Assembly: GCA_036172245.1 (NCBI GenBank)
Contig: JAYWIR010000002.1
Location: forward strand, 3,286,001 to 3,350,000
Length of the DNA stretch: 64,000 nt
Reading direction: 5' to 3'
Origin: Raillietiella orientalis
Lineage: Eukaryota
This document shows, piece after piece, positions 12,001 to 26,700 of this stretch. Below the pieces are notes generated by a model. The model did no database searches. It was not told where the DNA came from and worked only from the letters and a program-made list of their open reading frames with translations. The stretch's first letter is position 1, and each line of letters begins with the position of its first letter. The translations under genes and the position numbers were made by a program.

Positions 12001-13209
12001 CGTAGGAGGAGGGGGAGAAGGGGGAAGGGAGAACGGGGGCCTGCGAATGGATGGTCAGGCAAAGAGATGAGCGGAATAAGTGCGAGAGCAGCAGGGAAGA
12101 CCAGGCTCCTGCGGGATGGCTCGCACGCTGTGGACGCCTCCCAGGAAGCTCCCAGGTGAGCCAGGTGGCGAGGGACCGGGACGCGCACCCGCAGGTGCTT
12201 GCTGGAGGCAGCTCTCGCGACCCCTCTGGAGGAAGAGTGCTCCACCAGCCACGCGAGGGGTACCGAAAGACTCTCTCCCTTCGGGAACAAGCGGCTCTCC
12301 CAAGCAAGGTGCCCGGGGCGCTCCCATTTCGGGATACGAAGCCCTTGGGGGAGGCTACTACCGGGAAAATCGGACGAGGAGGGAAGGCCCGCGTCCCTCT
12401 AGATGGCAGCGGGATGAAACCTGCCTTCCTTCCCTGCTGATATGGCTCACCCCCCCGGGTTCGCAGTCTCGGAAGGTATCGTCCAGGTCAGGAAGGGGAG
12501 GCGCCTTCTCGAACTCGAGCCCCAACTAGACTATGGCCGAAATCGCCCACCTCCAGGCAGGCTGCCTGCCGGCCCGGTGGTGCTCGAGCGAGGTCACTCG
12601 GAGGAACGAGCAGCCCAGCCTCTGCCTCGCGCACTCCGGAGAAAGGGGAACACAGAGGAAAGAAGGGCAGGAAAGGAGGGGGGAGGGGAAAGGGAAGCGT
12701 CCTCGCCTCATCCCGGAAGGCCGCGGTCGCCACGGGCTTGCGACGCCCGCCCACCTTCCTGTAGTCTTCCGAGGGCGAATGACCGTGAGCCAGGACTTCC
12801 GGGTCGGATTGTCGTTCCCTTCATGCCGTTCCTCCGAAGCGTGGCGCGCTCTCCTCCTTCCATTCCTCCTCCTCCGAAATCCCTCGAGGTGCTTGATTCT
12901 ACGTCCCATTTGCCTTCCTCGAAGCGCCCTCCGGCGGCACGCGGGTCGGGCACGTCCGCCCGAGTTGCCGCTGCGGTGTGCGCTTCGTGTGCGGAGCCGA
13001 AGGATCAGAGCTCTCGACCCCCTTGTGTCCTGCCCTCTCCCCAAGTGCTCAGGAGCTCATCAGAGACGGGAAGGGGAAGCAGTGAGGTGCGAGGGAGGCG
13101 GCTATAGCGGCTATGGCGGAGGGACCCGAAGGGGGCGGGTCTTGCCCCCCCCCCCCACTTCGCAGGCAGAGGGAACTGGAGCTTTCTTCTTTTCGTTCCC
13201 TCCTCCCCT

Positions 13210-14130
13210 CGCGTCGGAGGCTACGTGGTCACGGTCACCGCGCGTGGCTGCAAGCTTCATGGGTTCGAATACTCCGAAAGGGTTCGTGTTCCTCCCACGA
13301 GATGACGCTGGTCGACCTCCATTCATTCGGGTGCAGCACCTGTAACGGTTCAAAATCAATGCCCCCGATGAGGACCGAGACAATTGGAGTCGACCTTCGG
13401 GTCTTTCCAGGAATCAAGGAGTGGAAGTTTCCCTGCGGTTATGAAGAAGCGGACTTCCCCCTTCGGGGGGTACCTTCCGTCTTGTCCCATGGAGCTGGTG
13501 AATTGACGATACCTCTCCAGAGTGCAAAGCCGCTCCTTTCGGAGAGCTCTCTTCTGAAAAAATCCGGAAGCGTCCCTTCGGGGCTCTCTTCAGTTGAGGA
13601 GGAAAAAGGAGCGGTTCGCTTGCAGATTCCCTTCGGAGAAAAAATTTCAGGAGCGGATCCTTTCCGGTTCCGGAGCGGTTCCCTTCCGAGAAGAACGGAG
13701 CGGTCCCCTTTGGGGATCCCTCTGGAGAGAATAAGGAAGGAGGTTCCTTTTAAAGTTTGCTTCGGAGACAACCAGGGTCGAGGTTCCCTTCGGGAATCCC
13801 TCCTCAGGCGCGAGAGGAACGGACCCCCCCTTCCCGGAGTCCCCATAGGGTTCTTGGATCCCTTCGAGGTTCTTCATAGGGTGGTCCCCTCCCGGGTACC
13901 CCCTATCTTGAAGAACTACATGTACCGTCGGTTGGCGTGGGACAGCGTGAAAGAGCTGCGTGAGCCGCCGCCGGGGGTGCGACGGCTCTTGAGGTACTCA
14001 GCGAACTTCCCCCCAAGAAAACTGGGACGAAAACAGCGAAGACAGAAGAAAAGAAGGATTTCCATTATCCACTCCCTTCGCTCGTCCTCCTCCACCTGTA
14101 CGACGCCAGCGTTCCGAACTCCTTCCTGAA
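13210..14130 (+). mobile_element. tRNA-headed SINE-like element, near full-length copy
   Basis: B-box-like gggttcgaata at 13261. The body aligns by eye with 33560-34500 (shared gagatgacgctggtcg.cctccattcattcgggtgc, ttccaggaatcaaggagt, gcgtgggacagcgtgaaagagct). It carries the internal CTTCGG repeat array and an A-rich 3' part. Confidence 0.75.
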
Positions 14131-14738
14131 GTCCCAGCAACGAATAGCCCTCAAGAGGGGTAGTCCCCCCCCTCCGGAGGGTGTCTGTCGGCGAGGGCGG
14201 CGGCGCGAGGTTGGAAGGGCCGACGCAGGAATCGGCTCTGAGGCTCTGCGGGCGCAGACAAGGACTCCATGGAGGGCGCCTCGAGGTAACCTCCTCTTGC
14301 TTCACCTCGTGACTCACAATGCAATCAGGCGGGGAGGCATGGCCCGTTGCTCTCGAGGCCCGAACGACTCCGGGCGAGCACGGGAGTGGACCTGCTCTCC
14401 TTTGCCTCCGAGGGACTTTCCTGGAAAGGCAGGTCGGAGGTCGCGACTCCCAACAAGAGGAGGCGGCGGCCTTTCCACCGCGAAGCCTTCGCGAAGACCT
14501 GGAGCTTCGACCTCGGTCCTCATTCCTCCCCCGATATCCCTTTCCCTAGAGCATTGCCCCCTTCGGAGGTTCGCGGCCACCGAGCCCGAGGAGGTATCCT
14601 GTGCTCTCCTCCTCGGCAGCTGGTCGTGAAGCGGTTGGGGGAGGGGAAAGGAAGAGGAGGTCACCCCGAAGGAACGAACTCAATAGTGATGCAGGGACGT
14701 CCATTTATGAATCCCTCGAGGCAGGGGGACAAGCGACC

Positions 14739-17700
14739 TCACAGAGCGCCTCCCCCGAAGTCCATCCCGCCGCAGTCCATATCCCACTGTCCATAGTAGT
14801 CCGAGACGCCGCCGTCGTAGGGACTCGTGTAGTTTCCGGGAGCCTCGCCCCCGACAGCAAACGCGGGCGCCGCCGCCACGTGCTGGTGATGGTGGTAGTC
14901 AAGGTCCGCGGCGAAGGGGGCAACTGGGGGGCTGGCTGGCCCCTCCCACCCGTAGCCGAGCCCCCATCCTCCCCACGAGACAGTGGTCAGCAGTCCTCCC
15001 AGAATGACTCCCGAGGCGAACCCGACGACCGGACGGGGACTCTCCTCGGTGACCTCGCAAGACCTCGTCTCTCCCGCGTGGCTCCCGGCGAGGCACACGT
15101 GGCGACCTGCAAGCAAACGTGGGAGGGAAGGAGGTCACGAGTCCCTCCGGCCAGAGCTTCCTCCTCCAGGAAAGGCTCTGGATCTGGATGACCCTCCTAC
15201 GCAGGAACAAGAGAGAACCCTCGGGCTCCCAACTTTCCGGATGACCTTCCGGAGAGGGTTGGGACGGGGGAGAAGCCCCTCGCCCTCCCCGGCTTCCAGG
15301 GAAAAAGGGGGATGTCGTCTCGGGAGGAGCCCCATACGAAAGCACCGCCTTCCTTCTCGCCCTCCCTACTCCCGCCGACCCACCCACAGACGGCTTCTTC
15401 CTGTCTGGCACCGGGGAGAGGGTGCTCCCGACTCACCCAATCCTGGGCGATAGTGCCAGGGGGAAGGAGGAGGCCTGGACGAACGAACCCGCCATCCTTC
15501 CTTCGACAGGAGGGAAGGAAAGTCCGTTCGGCCGAGGCAGGCCGGGGAATCGGGGCAGGGATGGAGGGACTTCCTGGAGAAGGGGGAGGGAAGGCTTCCC
15601 TCGCGGTCTCCTAGGAAACCCGCGACGCAGCGACAGACTCACATTTTCTGGCAGGAGGAGCCGGAAGCTGAGGGCATTCTTGCTGTTCCACACGCCGTTT
15701 GATCACCTGGTACGGCGACAGAGGGAGCTGCAAACACGGAGAGGAGTCATCACGGACTGGCCGGTCGCACCTTCCCCTTCCCTTCTCTTGGGTGCCAGAA
15801 GCAAAGGAGCAGCGGCACGTTCCCCGGGTTGCCCGCGGGCAGGGGCGGCTTTTCCTCGTTCTTCACGCTCAGGGAGCCACCGGAAAGGTCAAGAAGAGCC
15901 TGCTTCCTGTCGATAAGCTAACGGGCAGCTCACGTCCCCAAAGCGGGAGGAACTTCCGGGCACTCGTCCCGCCCGGAGGTAGATGGGGGGAGGGATCTCC
16001 GCGGACCCGCCTGATCCGACTCTTCGGGGGCACCGCCCTCGAGGACTGGCGTCTTCCAGAACCAGGAGACTTCTTGACTTGTGGTCACGTCCCCTAGGGC
16101 GCTCGGCCCTCTTCGCGAGCGCGGCGTCTTCCAGAGGCGGGCGCCTCCGCGCGCGCAGTAGCAGGAGGGTGCTGGAGGTGGGGAGGGGGAGCGGATGGGG
16201 AAGAGGAGGATTCGTAGGGGCGGGAGGTGGGGAGGGGAAGGAAGAAAGGTATACTGCACAGCCCGAGGCAGCACTCTCTCCCCCTCGATCCGTGCGGTAA
16301 CCGCTCCGTGGGTCGCCCGAAGTGGGCGAGGCGACAAGGAACTCCCTCTCGTCCCGTGAGCGCCGAACAGTCGCCTCGCACCCGTCGGGATCGAAGGAGG
16401 AGGTGGGAGTGGATCAGGGCGTACTGAGAGTGCTTGCTGGAGTTCCGGAAGGGCAGTTTCCCTGGGAACTGAGGCTTCGTCCCTTCGTGCTTCCCGCACC
16501 CGAAGACGCTCCGTGAAGACGGAACGGGACGCTCGAAGACCTTCGCGCCGGAGGGGTTTCTCGCGGCGCCGGACGTGCTCGAAGGCGCCGGGATCGGGAC
16601 ATGGGCGGATTGGCCTTAGGGTAGGAGGGAGTGCGGAGCAGCTCCGCTTGCGGACCAAGGGTGCAAGCGTTCTCTACCCACGGGGAGGGAGGGGAGTCCA
16701 CCGAAGCCTCCCTGTGACATGGGGGCTGCGGCTGACCTGGCCTGCCAGCGAGAGGGAAGCGGAAGTGCTTGCGGCTTGGCTGGCGCACTCCGACCAGCCG
16801 CACCCTCGACTCTGCTGCAGGAGGGGTGGTGGCTGCGCTCCCCCGTTCTCTTCCCCGCCGCCCGCGAGGGATCCCGTTCGCTGATGGAGGAAGAGCTGCT
16901 CGTGGCACTGGGGTACCTGCCGTGCTGGGCGAGAACGGGATCTTCTCGCATTTTGGGGTGGGAGCACCCTCAGTCCTCACCGTCTCGGCACGGCTGCTTC
17001 CGATGGGACGCTCCGCTTCCTTGCGGACCCGGATCTCCCGGGTGGTGCTTCACGCGTTTATTCGGACCGAACTGGGCTCTGACTTTGATCCCCCAGTGGC
17101 CCCACAGTAGGTCGTGTGGGTTCTTCACGTTGCGAGCGGGTGATGCCCTCCGTTCGATGTTTAAAGGTGGGGGCGGCGCAAAATTCGATTCCCCTCTATT
17201 TGAGAACGTTCGGTCAGACTGATTGAAAGTGGAAAAATTGGGAACTGCGGATCCAAACTGCTGCTGGGAACAAAAAGAGGAGGAGGGGGAAATAAATAAA
17301 TACAAAACGCGTATCAAAGCGGCAACGAAAACCGGTGGATTCCAAGCCCGGTTTGCCTACAGAGAAGCCTCCTTGTAAGCAACAAAGCGAAGATTACACT
17401 CAAGGAGGAAGCAGGGTTGCTTCGCAAAATTAATTAACAAACATTTTATTCTGGAAAATTTTTTTCATTTCTCTCTTCATCTTGATCCTCCCCGCCTGCC
17501 CACTATATAGGGATACGAAGCACCGGAAACTGGAAACTAAATTTCAAAATCCGACCGGGAACAAATAGGCACATGCGCTAGAGGCTCGTATAATTCCATA
17601 AATTTTCTGGACGGCATAGTGTTTGCTAGCATGCCGCCTTGCTATTGGACTTCCAGATTAAGGTTACGTCTCTATTATGTCAGGTTCAAAGCCTTTTTTG

Positions 17701-20700
17701 TCCAAGAAATCTTGTAAAATGCGCCTGAATATGCATTAGGCTCTCTGTAATGCCTATTCCAAGGTCACGCTCTAATTGCTTCGTGAGCATGAAAGAAGCT
17801 CATGGGGGAGCCATCTCCACCCGTGCTCGAATTTAATCTTTTCATGGTTCATTCCGTGAAAGCATCGACAGGGAGCTTCTACGTTTCGAGCTTTGTCCAC
17901 ACTTGAAATCCTGAGCTTCCCAAGAGTGCTTTTCCTTTCGTCCAGCCGTGAGAGTCCTCTTCCCTTAAGGCGCTCGTTTCCCATGCCAGCGTTCAGGGCG
18001 CCACTAGCTGTAGCTTGGGGTTTACGACGACGGTGCTTATCTCTCGCGAGATTGGACCCTGCCCTATCCTGTACAGGCCTCTGTCGGGAGAAACTTCTTT
18101 GTGCCCGCCGAGGATCACGCCACGTGATGGATCAGTTTGCGTGCTCCTGCTAGTGACGCAGAGAAACTCAGCAGTGACCGGTACTATTGCATCTCCATGG
18201 GCACGGATGCGGGAACGTGGCGGGAGGGGTTAATGGGTGCGAGTGCAGGAAGGAGCTCCAGATACGAAGTTTTTCTTCTTCCGCTCAGGGTTCCCCTGCC
18301 TCGCGCGTGCTATTTGGCAAACCACTTGAATGCGATTAATTAACGGCGTGCGAGTCTTCTCCTAGCTTCGCCCTGGGCGGTGGGAAATCTCGTTTTATTG
18401 CTTAATTCCATACCAGCTCCCGTTTAGCACTTCCTTCGACAGTACTGTGAGGATACGACAGCCTCTCCTTGGCTGGAGACGCCAGATTGAATCCATATCT
18501 CGCCGCGCATGTATTTTAGCAATCCCGAAGGAGGAAGAAGCGATTTCATGTGCAGACACGGGAGAAATGCCCAAAGGGCCACAAGGAGACCTCGTTTGCC
18601 TCACGTGCCGGTGGAGCTCTCAGTGCAAGAAGCGAAAGGGCGACATCACAGGGACTCGCAGGAAGGTGACATGCGGATGGTCTCCTCATCCCTCCTTCCC
18701 CCCCCTTTCCCTGTCTTCCGAATCTCTCTGCAGGGATGCCACGCGCCCTGCAGCGATCGGTTTCTGGAGATCCGCTCTCCCGAGAGGAGAGGAACGACTC
18801 CCAACTTCGACCGGAGGGAGCGACTCCCTCTTCCTGGGTTCCCCGAGATCTCCTGCGGTTCCTCCTCGCGCACCGAGCGGCCCTAGAGCTGCGGGTCGCC
18901 GCGAAAGCCGGGGGGATCGCACCCCGCGAACCGTTACCAAGAGCAACTTACCGTGGAGACGATGGCGGCCATCCACTCGCTGCATGAATGAAACCACGAT
19001 TAGGAATCTGTTAAAGGGATCATCTGGGGGATTCTCAGGGAAGGCACAGTTGACGCCGGAAACAAACAACAACAATAGCAACAAAAAGACTTTCAACTAC
19101 GACTGCAGCAGCAGCAGCAGCAACAACAAGAACAAAATCACACCAGCAGTCACTTGTCAGAGGAATCTTAAAGAACGGAATCGCTCTCGCCCTTCCAGGG
19201 GCGGTTGCCATCCTTGTCCTGTCCCTCCTCTCGTGCCCAGGAGGAGCCGAGAACCGTAGGGCTTCCGTTATCCATGAGGCGGCCTCATCCAGCTAAAACA
19301 CGACGCGAAGGGAGGCAGCGAGCAAATGTTTTCTTCGGAGGAGTAGTGACACTTCCGCACGACGGGGTTCGGGAAAGGGAGGCGACCAGCAAGGAAGCGC
19401 AGGAGCATCCCGAAATCCCCTCACCCAAACGAAGGGCTGCCTACTCTTCAAAGAATAATGAAAGAGCAGCCACTCTACTCCGTGCAGTCATCTATACCGA
19501 GTCTGCAGTGGGCAATTTTTTTTCCTCTCTCTCTCTCTCCCCGAAAAAGAAGGAGGAAAGAGAAAGGCATCGTTCCCGAGCTTAGGTGGAGGGTGATCTG
19601 GACCACGGCGAGTCACATGGGCACCGCAAACGGAGCCGCTCCCACGCAAGCCTTTCTAAGGTCTTCGCTGGTTCGGTGGAGCGACTCTGCCCTGCTTCCG
19701 AACCGAGAAGGACTCGGTCGTCAGCAGGCTGCCAGGACCATCGCGAGCGCACGCGTAAGAGTCGGCTGTTGCCAAAGAGCCGATAATAGCAAGCATCCGC
19801 TCCGCAACGCGTCCGGCGAGCTGTTGGCTCCTTTGGATCCACTGGCTGCCACGTGATAGTGGAACTCGAGGACTCTTGGGCTTTGGAGTGGCTGAACGTG
19901 AAGGAAGACCCCCATCCGCAGCGTGAGAACCAGAGGCAGTCGCCCCTCTCCTTCTCCCCACGTGACCTCGGAGGCCTCGCACGGGGATTCGGCCCATTCT
20001 GCCCTCGCCTCAAGTCTTCAGTCTGAAGGAGCTCTGGCCAAAGGTGGATGCCAGCGTGTGTCTCGTCTCTGCCTCCCAATCCGCGACCCCACCGAACGGC
20101 GAAGCGACCCCGGCTCGGCAGGCGGCGGGGTCCACTCCCCTGAGACCTCCGCGAGGCGGAAGGGCTTCCTGCCCCCGGTCCATCAAGCGGAATCGGGCTG
20201 TGCGGCAGCTAAGAGAGAGAGAGAGAGAGGCGGATCCGCAACCGTTCCGAGGTTTCGGAAGCGGCGAAGAGTTCCGCAACGGTCTCGAGAAAGACACGAC
20301 TTCTTCCTCCTCCTTGCCGAGCAGCTCTTTTTGTCTCGGCAACCTCGACTAGGGGGCTCACTGCCTCTAGTGTTGTTAGGGAAACTCCTCAGGAACCACC
20401 ACGCAGGCGCCCCGAATACGGCCCGCCAGTCTGCCCACAGCTCGGCGACAGCCATCGGGATGCGGTTCCTCTCCGGAGGAAGCGCCGAAGTCCCCAGATG
20501 CAACTCTTCGGGAGGCTCCCAAAAGGAGGCCGCGAAGCAGTCGAGAGTGCCTACGGCCCGGGTCACCTTCTTCGGCATAATCCCTCCCTTCCCCTCCCCC
20601 TCCTGCTCCAGGACAGTCTCACTGGCTGCTATCTTCCTTGGGCGAGCGAAGAGTTGGATTCCTGCGCAAGTCATCCCAGGCTCGCGTCGATGCGCGTCGA

Positions 20701-23700
20701 CGATCTCCAAGCGGCAGAGTTCCCGACACAGTAGGGTTTCGTTGGTCGGGGATCTCTCCTTTCTCTGGTTCCTTACGCACGAAGGGACTGCCGCTTCGTC
20801 CCCATGGATGGGTGTCAGAGTGGCTCAGTTGCAACCCTCCACTGAAGCTCCCTCCCAGGCGTTACCCCTATCGCGTACTCAAGGGGCGCACAGAACGGGA
20901 AGGAGGGATCTGAAAAGGGACCGCTCCTTGTTTCCTCAGGGTCCACTCTGGGGATTACTGGCTGGTCAAAGAGGGGCATCCGGCCGCAAACGCGAGCAGT
21001 ATCCTCTTGCTGAGTCACTCAAAAGCCCCGCGACTCGTCCAATTCGACTCCCATCCTTCGCGTGTATTCAGTCGAGCCCGCGGCAGTAGGGGCTGAGCGC
21101 TGGGCTCCTCGACCACGTGGCCTCTTCTCTCGGTCGGAAGTCCCTCCCCTTTCTAGAAGCACCACGAGGTTTTCTTGCGGATCCCAAAAGCCCTCCACCC
21201 CCCACCGCGGGAATTTTTCTTCCAGTGTTTTTCGGCGGGATCTTCTCTCGCGTGCCTCGCGGCGCACGTGGCTCTTTTTAAACATTAACACACTGTTTTG
21301 TTTCCACAACTCTCCGCCCGCGGCAACACGCAGGGGAGTGTGTAATTCTTCAGTGTAATTCTTCAGGATAGGGGGCACCCCGGGATGGGGTCCGCCCTAT
21401 GAATCCAGGAAGGGTTCGGAGTCCGTTCCTCTCACGCTTGGGGAGGGATCACCTCCGGATGGGGGGGATCGCACCTCCCACCCTGGTTGTCTCCGAAGGG
21501 GAACCCCGCAGGGAATCTCCTTCCTCATTCTATCCGGAGGGACACCCCTCGCAATGGGGGGTGGTCCTCTCCATTTCAACTTCTCCGAAGGGAATCCGGA
21601 AAGGATCCGCTTGTAGGAATTTCTTCTCCGGAGGGAACCCGCAAGGGAACCGCTCCTGTTCACTCCTCTGAAGAGAACCCCGAAGGGACTCTTCCGATTC
21701 GCAACCGAATGTGGATTCCATTCTAAAGGAAATGTGGTGTGTGACACCACTGACTCCGTTTCCTCCGTCGGCATGCTCGGATTCTTTAAAATGTACATTC
21801 CTCACCCCCTTAACTCCACTGTCAAAGGATTCTCCGAATCCTCAATTCTGCACTAAGAGCAACAAAGGCAATGAATCCAATAAAGATAAAGACACTATCA
21901 TAACTGATAGTAACAGATCATTTCAATCAGTATGCGACAGTGTTGAAACCTGTCGCCGCGGGGGATCCGCGGGGGTGAGCGGGCCTGACCCAACGCCAGA
22001 CGATCACGTCCTTCGCCTCGTGCGGGTCGCGTTCATCTCCTTCCCGAAGGGGAGCCCCAGAGGAGGATTTCTCTCACCCTCCCTGTTCCCGATAGCGATC
22101 TCCCAGTCGCCTTGCGGTTCCCTCCTCCCTCCTGGAAGTGGAGTTTCGATTCTCCCCCTCCCTCTTCGTCGAGCGGGTCGCACGTCCCTATCCCTACCCT
22201 TCCTTTTTCCGACGTGCGAACGAGACCCCGAGGATCGCGAAGGGAATCCCGTAGGGGGGGGGGGGGCGTGCTTTCAGCGGGAGGAAGTCGTCGTTTCCCG
22301 CCTATCGTTCGTTTTGGAGCGAGCCTTCACAGGTGTCGGGAAGGGGGGAAGGTCGCGCCGCTCCTGCTGTTCGTTAGGGACTCCAGGGACATGTCCCGGA
22401 TCACCTTCTCCTGGGCAAGGGTGCGAGTGACAAGCAGGAGGGAAGGAGCAGGGAGTTTTGGAGAGTCCTGAATGCAGGGAAACCGCACCTGGCTGCAGAA
22501 GCGACCGAAGAGAGCGAACAGGAGGGCACGGGAACTCTCACGACTCCCCATGACGTCCCAGGGCGAAGGGCATACCGGTGCGGGCACGCAACCGCGCTGC
22601 CAAGCTATCTGAGCAGGTTTGATCTCCTCTTCCCTCACCTCCTCCCTACGGGAAGAGAGAGCGCAGAGCTTCCTGGTAGTCGCTCCTGCAATCCGCGGAC
22701 CCAGCGGTTCCTGGGGATGCAGCTTTCCCACGTGCTCGTAACGTCCTTCCAGGAGAGGCCACCGCGCATCGCCGTCCTTCACCCGTCTGGTGGCGGCGGC
22801 AAATGTAGCGAGGAGGGGAGGAGAGGGATGCTGGGATCCCAAAGTTCGATCCGGAATCCGGACGGGGGTCCCATCTGCTTGGGAAAGAGTCGACTCCCGA
22901 GCCGCTGTCCCGGAGCTCACCTCTTCGGAGGCACCTCACGCTCCCTGCGCGATCCAATCAAAAGGAGGAACGGACGTTGGCGGCTGCCAGCTCTCGGAGC
23001 GCGTTTCAGAGGGAACAACTGCCGTCCCCGAGGAGCGGGCGTTCGGAATCTTCCTCTCCCTGCAATCCCCCTCGCTAAAAGCGGGAGACAAGTGGCGACC
23101 GTCGTGTGGCGATGGGAAGCGAACATCCCTGATGAGCCAGCAAATGGCCGACGGGCACCTCAGGGAACGAAGGAAATTCGGGAAGAATTTCGCCTCGCTC
23201 GTTTTTTTTTGCGGGGACGAGACGCCGGTCGACGCGATCCCTCTCGTGAGGCACGACTGCTGCCACACTGGGATGAATCCGGGACTCATCCAAGGAAGAA
23301 AAACTCTTGAGCGAAAGAGGGAGGGGGGAAGATGGGAGGAAACGTGGAGGAACCGATGGGCGGCTGGTACCCAGCCCGCTTCCCTCCAGACTCCTCGTGC
23401 GGCTAAAAGCTCGCAAGGTGTCGAGGGTGTGCTTCCCAGAGGAGGAGGTGGTCCGTGCCGGCAGTAGGGGGACCGCCGCCCAACGGCAGGTCATCTAGGG
23501 TTTGGTCGAGCTGCCAAATGGGAAGCGAAAGGAGCGAAGATCGTTCACGGAAGCAGGTGGGCCACGTGAGTGTCTCTCAGAGGTTCTCTCTCAGCCCCCC
23601 CGAGGGAGAAGGGAATGGCTTCGTTTGCACAACCGGAGGGAAACCTCAAGGTGCTCCTTGATTTCCTGGAGGAGCTCGGAGGGCCAACTTCCAATACCAG

Positions 23701-26700
23701 CGGTCAGTTAACGCAGGCATCCGGCTTGCACCAGTGCCGCGGCATCTGTGGACACGGGTGTGTGTGAACCCAAACTGTGCAAGGTGCGAGGAGTAGGAGT
23801 CCTTCCCACACCTCCTAGTAGACCTGTGTTGCCCTCTGGCCCCTTTGGGGACGCTTTGCCGCGACCCTTGGAACCCCCAGCGGCAACGCCAGAGGTGTTC
23901 TTAAGCGGCTCTTTCTGGGAGACGCCCTCGCGCCGGCCCCATCCCTAGCAGCACTGTGCTGCTCACGGGGTGAGACCGTGGCTGCATGGAGCAACGCCAG
24001 AGGAGGCCAGAACAACAGGGAAGCCATCTACTTCGCTGCCCTCTTCATGAGGACAGCGTCAAGATGGCCCCATATGGGAACCATAAAACAGGAACTTGCC
24101 GGCTTCCTTACAAGGTTGCAGTGGACACCCTCCAACACACATGATCCCTTCCCGAACCTCCCCCCTTCCTTTTTTTGAGTGCATTTGTTTTGTTTTATTT
24201 TTTTTCTTTTTGCTTGTCTCCCCTTCCCCTGTGCTGTTGAGGCGACCCCGCCGGCCCGCGTGCCAGTTCCCGGCAGGTATCTTCTCGTAGTTATAAGTAA
24301 TGTGGTAGGATCAAGTGCCTTGCCACAGACACGTGTTTATTTTATAAGCAAGCGCCCTGGCGTGACCGGGTGTCAACCAGTGCCGTATCCGAAAGAGGCC
24401 AACCAGCATCATCTTGAGGGGGTAACTCGAAACCCTCACGACGCACCTCCCATCTCTCGGCGTCGATCCTTTCCCGGGCGGGGTTCGAACCCGTAACGCA
24501 CGGTGCCGCGTGCAGGCCACACGGCTGCCAGAGCGGGGGAGGAAGAGGGAAGGAGCTCTGTGGTGCTCAGCCCGTGATTAGCGGACTCTCTCTCCTTCGC
24601 AGTGACCAAAGGGCGCGCACCTTCCGTTTGAGAACAAGGGTTCGTCCACCAGCGATCCCCAATGGCAGTTTTTTCCTCCCTTTTCGCACCTCTCCCCAAT
24701 CCGAACGATTTACTCCACCGTTGGTGACGAAGCGCTCCGTCGCTTCGGAAGATAGGATGACTCCGTGCCCGATGCTCTGCTTCCTGGGGCGGACGTGCAA
24801 GCTGTCGCGAGGTAGGAGATGTGACTCGACGCTGTCATGGAACTCGACACTTCGATGTCGAGCTCTCGACGGGCTGGGACGGAAAATCGACAGTGATCTG
24901 TTCCCTGGACGTCCCGGGTAGGAAGCATCCCACTTCGTGGTCTTCTCACTCACCCTGAAACTTTTCCCTTGATGGCGCTGCCACCGCCGCCTTGAGATCG
25001 GTGGCCAATCGGAATTGTCTCGGCATCCAGGACATTTCGATGGCGCGCCGCGACACGCTGGAATGCACGCGCTCTGCACTTTGCTCAGCCCTCTAGCAGT
25101 CCACCAGCTGCTGCGGAAGCACATTGAAAAGAGTTCAGTCATTTCCTAGAGGGTAAGTTGCATCCGACGTGGAGCATCCTCTCAAATTATCCAGCTGGAT
25201 TCGAGGGACTCCTGGAGAATCCACGAGAAAACGGGATGGATGCGCCATCTCTCAAGCTGCTCGTCGGTGTCCACGGAGCCGCTTCCGATCTCACAGTCTC
25301 TCTCCGCTGGATCCGCATGGCCGGGCCTGAGGCACCACGGATGTTGGTGCGCCCTCCTCCGAAACACTTGCAGGCGTCCCTCAGGAAGCGCCCCTCGCCC
25401 TGCATTATCGTTCACTGTCCACTTTTCCGTTGCCCGCCTGTGGAAGTACCCCGGGGTGGAAGCCTTCGGGGACCCATCCAGTCGCGCATTTCACCGGACT
25501 CGACCCTTCCAACATCAGGCAGTTAGCAGTGGGATCCCGCCCTCCCGGGTTCCGGTGCTTCTTCTGTAGCGGGAGCGGAGAGAGCATCGACTGGGGGAAA
25601 GGGGGGCAAAACTGCGGTTCCTTTTCCAGAGTCCATGTCAACTGAGGAAGGTTTTCCTTCCCTTTTTCACCTGTGGTCCGAGAACGAAAACGACCAGCGA
25701 TGCTGCGCGTCCCCACCTGAGGGCTCTCGTGCAAGTCGGGAACTTTTTGCCAAGGCACCCTGAGGCGGGCGAGGGCATCGTACGTTCCATTCTCCCTCCT
25801 GGGAGCGGACGGGCTGCGAAGACAAAAAACAGCGCGGTATCCTGGAGCCAGGGAATCGGCGACATCCCCTGCACGCCACCAGGAGCTGCGATGCTTCCCG
25901 CTTCGGGTCCTTCCACGAGACTTGCAGGGAGGTTTCCCTCTGGGGCTGCGCCGGAAGCCACCCTGTGGAAGAGTCTCCCCTGCGGCAGGAGTTTAGTGAC
26001 GGAGTTCTGTGCTCGTCGTCTCAAGAGAAGGGAAGTGGCCAGGCGCGATCGCTCCAGTTCACCGCAAATCGGAGACCCCATGCCCAAATTCTCCCAGAGT
26101 GACTCCAGGAGGAAGGAGCGAAGGAGGAGCACCAGCACCCAACACCCTTGTAGGTGGGACGGGATATTCGAATGCGGCTGCCTCGAGGAAGCGATTCGTC
26201 GGTGGAAGGTTTCACAGGACGTCTCCTGCGGGGCGGGCGGGTGAGCGAGCGAGGGAGCTCCTCCGCCTCGCAGAGTGGTCAATTTTCCCCTGGGCCCGGG
26301 AAATGACCTTGACCAACTTCGCCTGAGTCCGTCAACCCCCTCGTGGAACGGGGAGGAGGAGACGTTCTGCCGCCGCCGCCTCGCGACCTCGTACTGCCAC
26401 GGAGGGCTTCTCCCCTTCTTCTCTTCTGCTCTTAATCCCTCGAGAACCCTCCATGGTCTCCATCAGGGACTCACAGGTGGAGCAAGGTGTAAGCGGGAAC
26501 ATGGCTGGATCACGAGAAGGGGGCTACTCTGGAGGAGGTGGCGCTCCGAGCGGTGCGCATATCCTCTATTGCTCTACCCTCCGGTTCCTCCGGGAGTCGC
26601 GCGCTACTTCCATACGCCTGCAACCTCCTCCTCGACCTCTTCGTGACCGCTCACGAAGCAGTTCAAACGTCCAGAGTTTCCTGACCACCGTGTTCCTCGG

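Noticed and set aside
13113-14129. 338-aa ORF overlapping the repeated element
   Set aside because: Other copies of the element are frameshifted relative to it and the element has a tRNA-derived head, so it is treated as non-coding.
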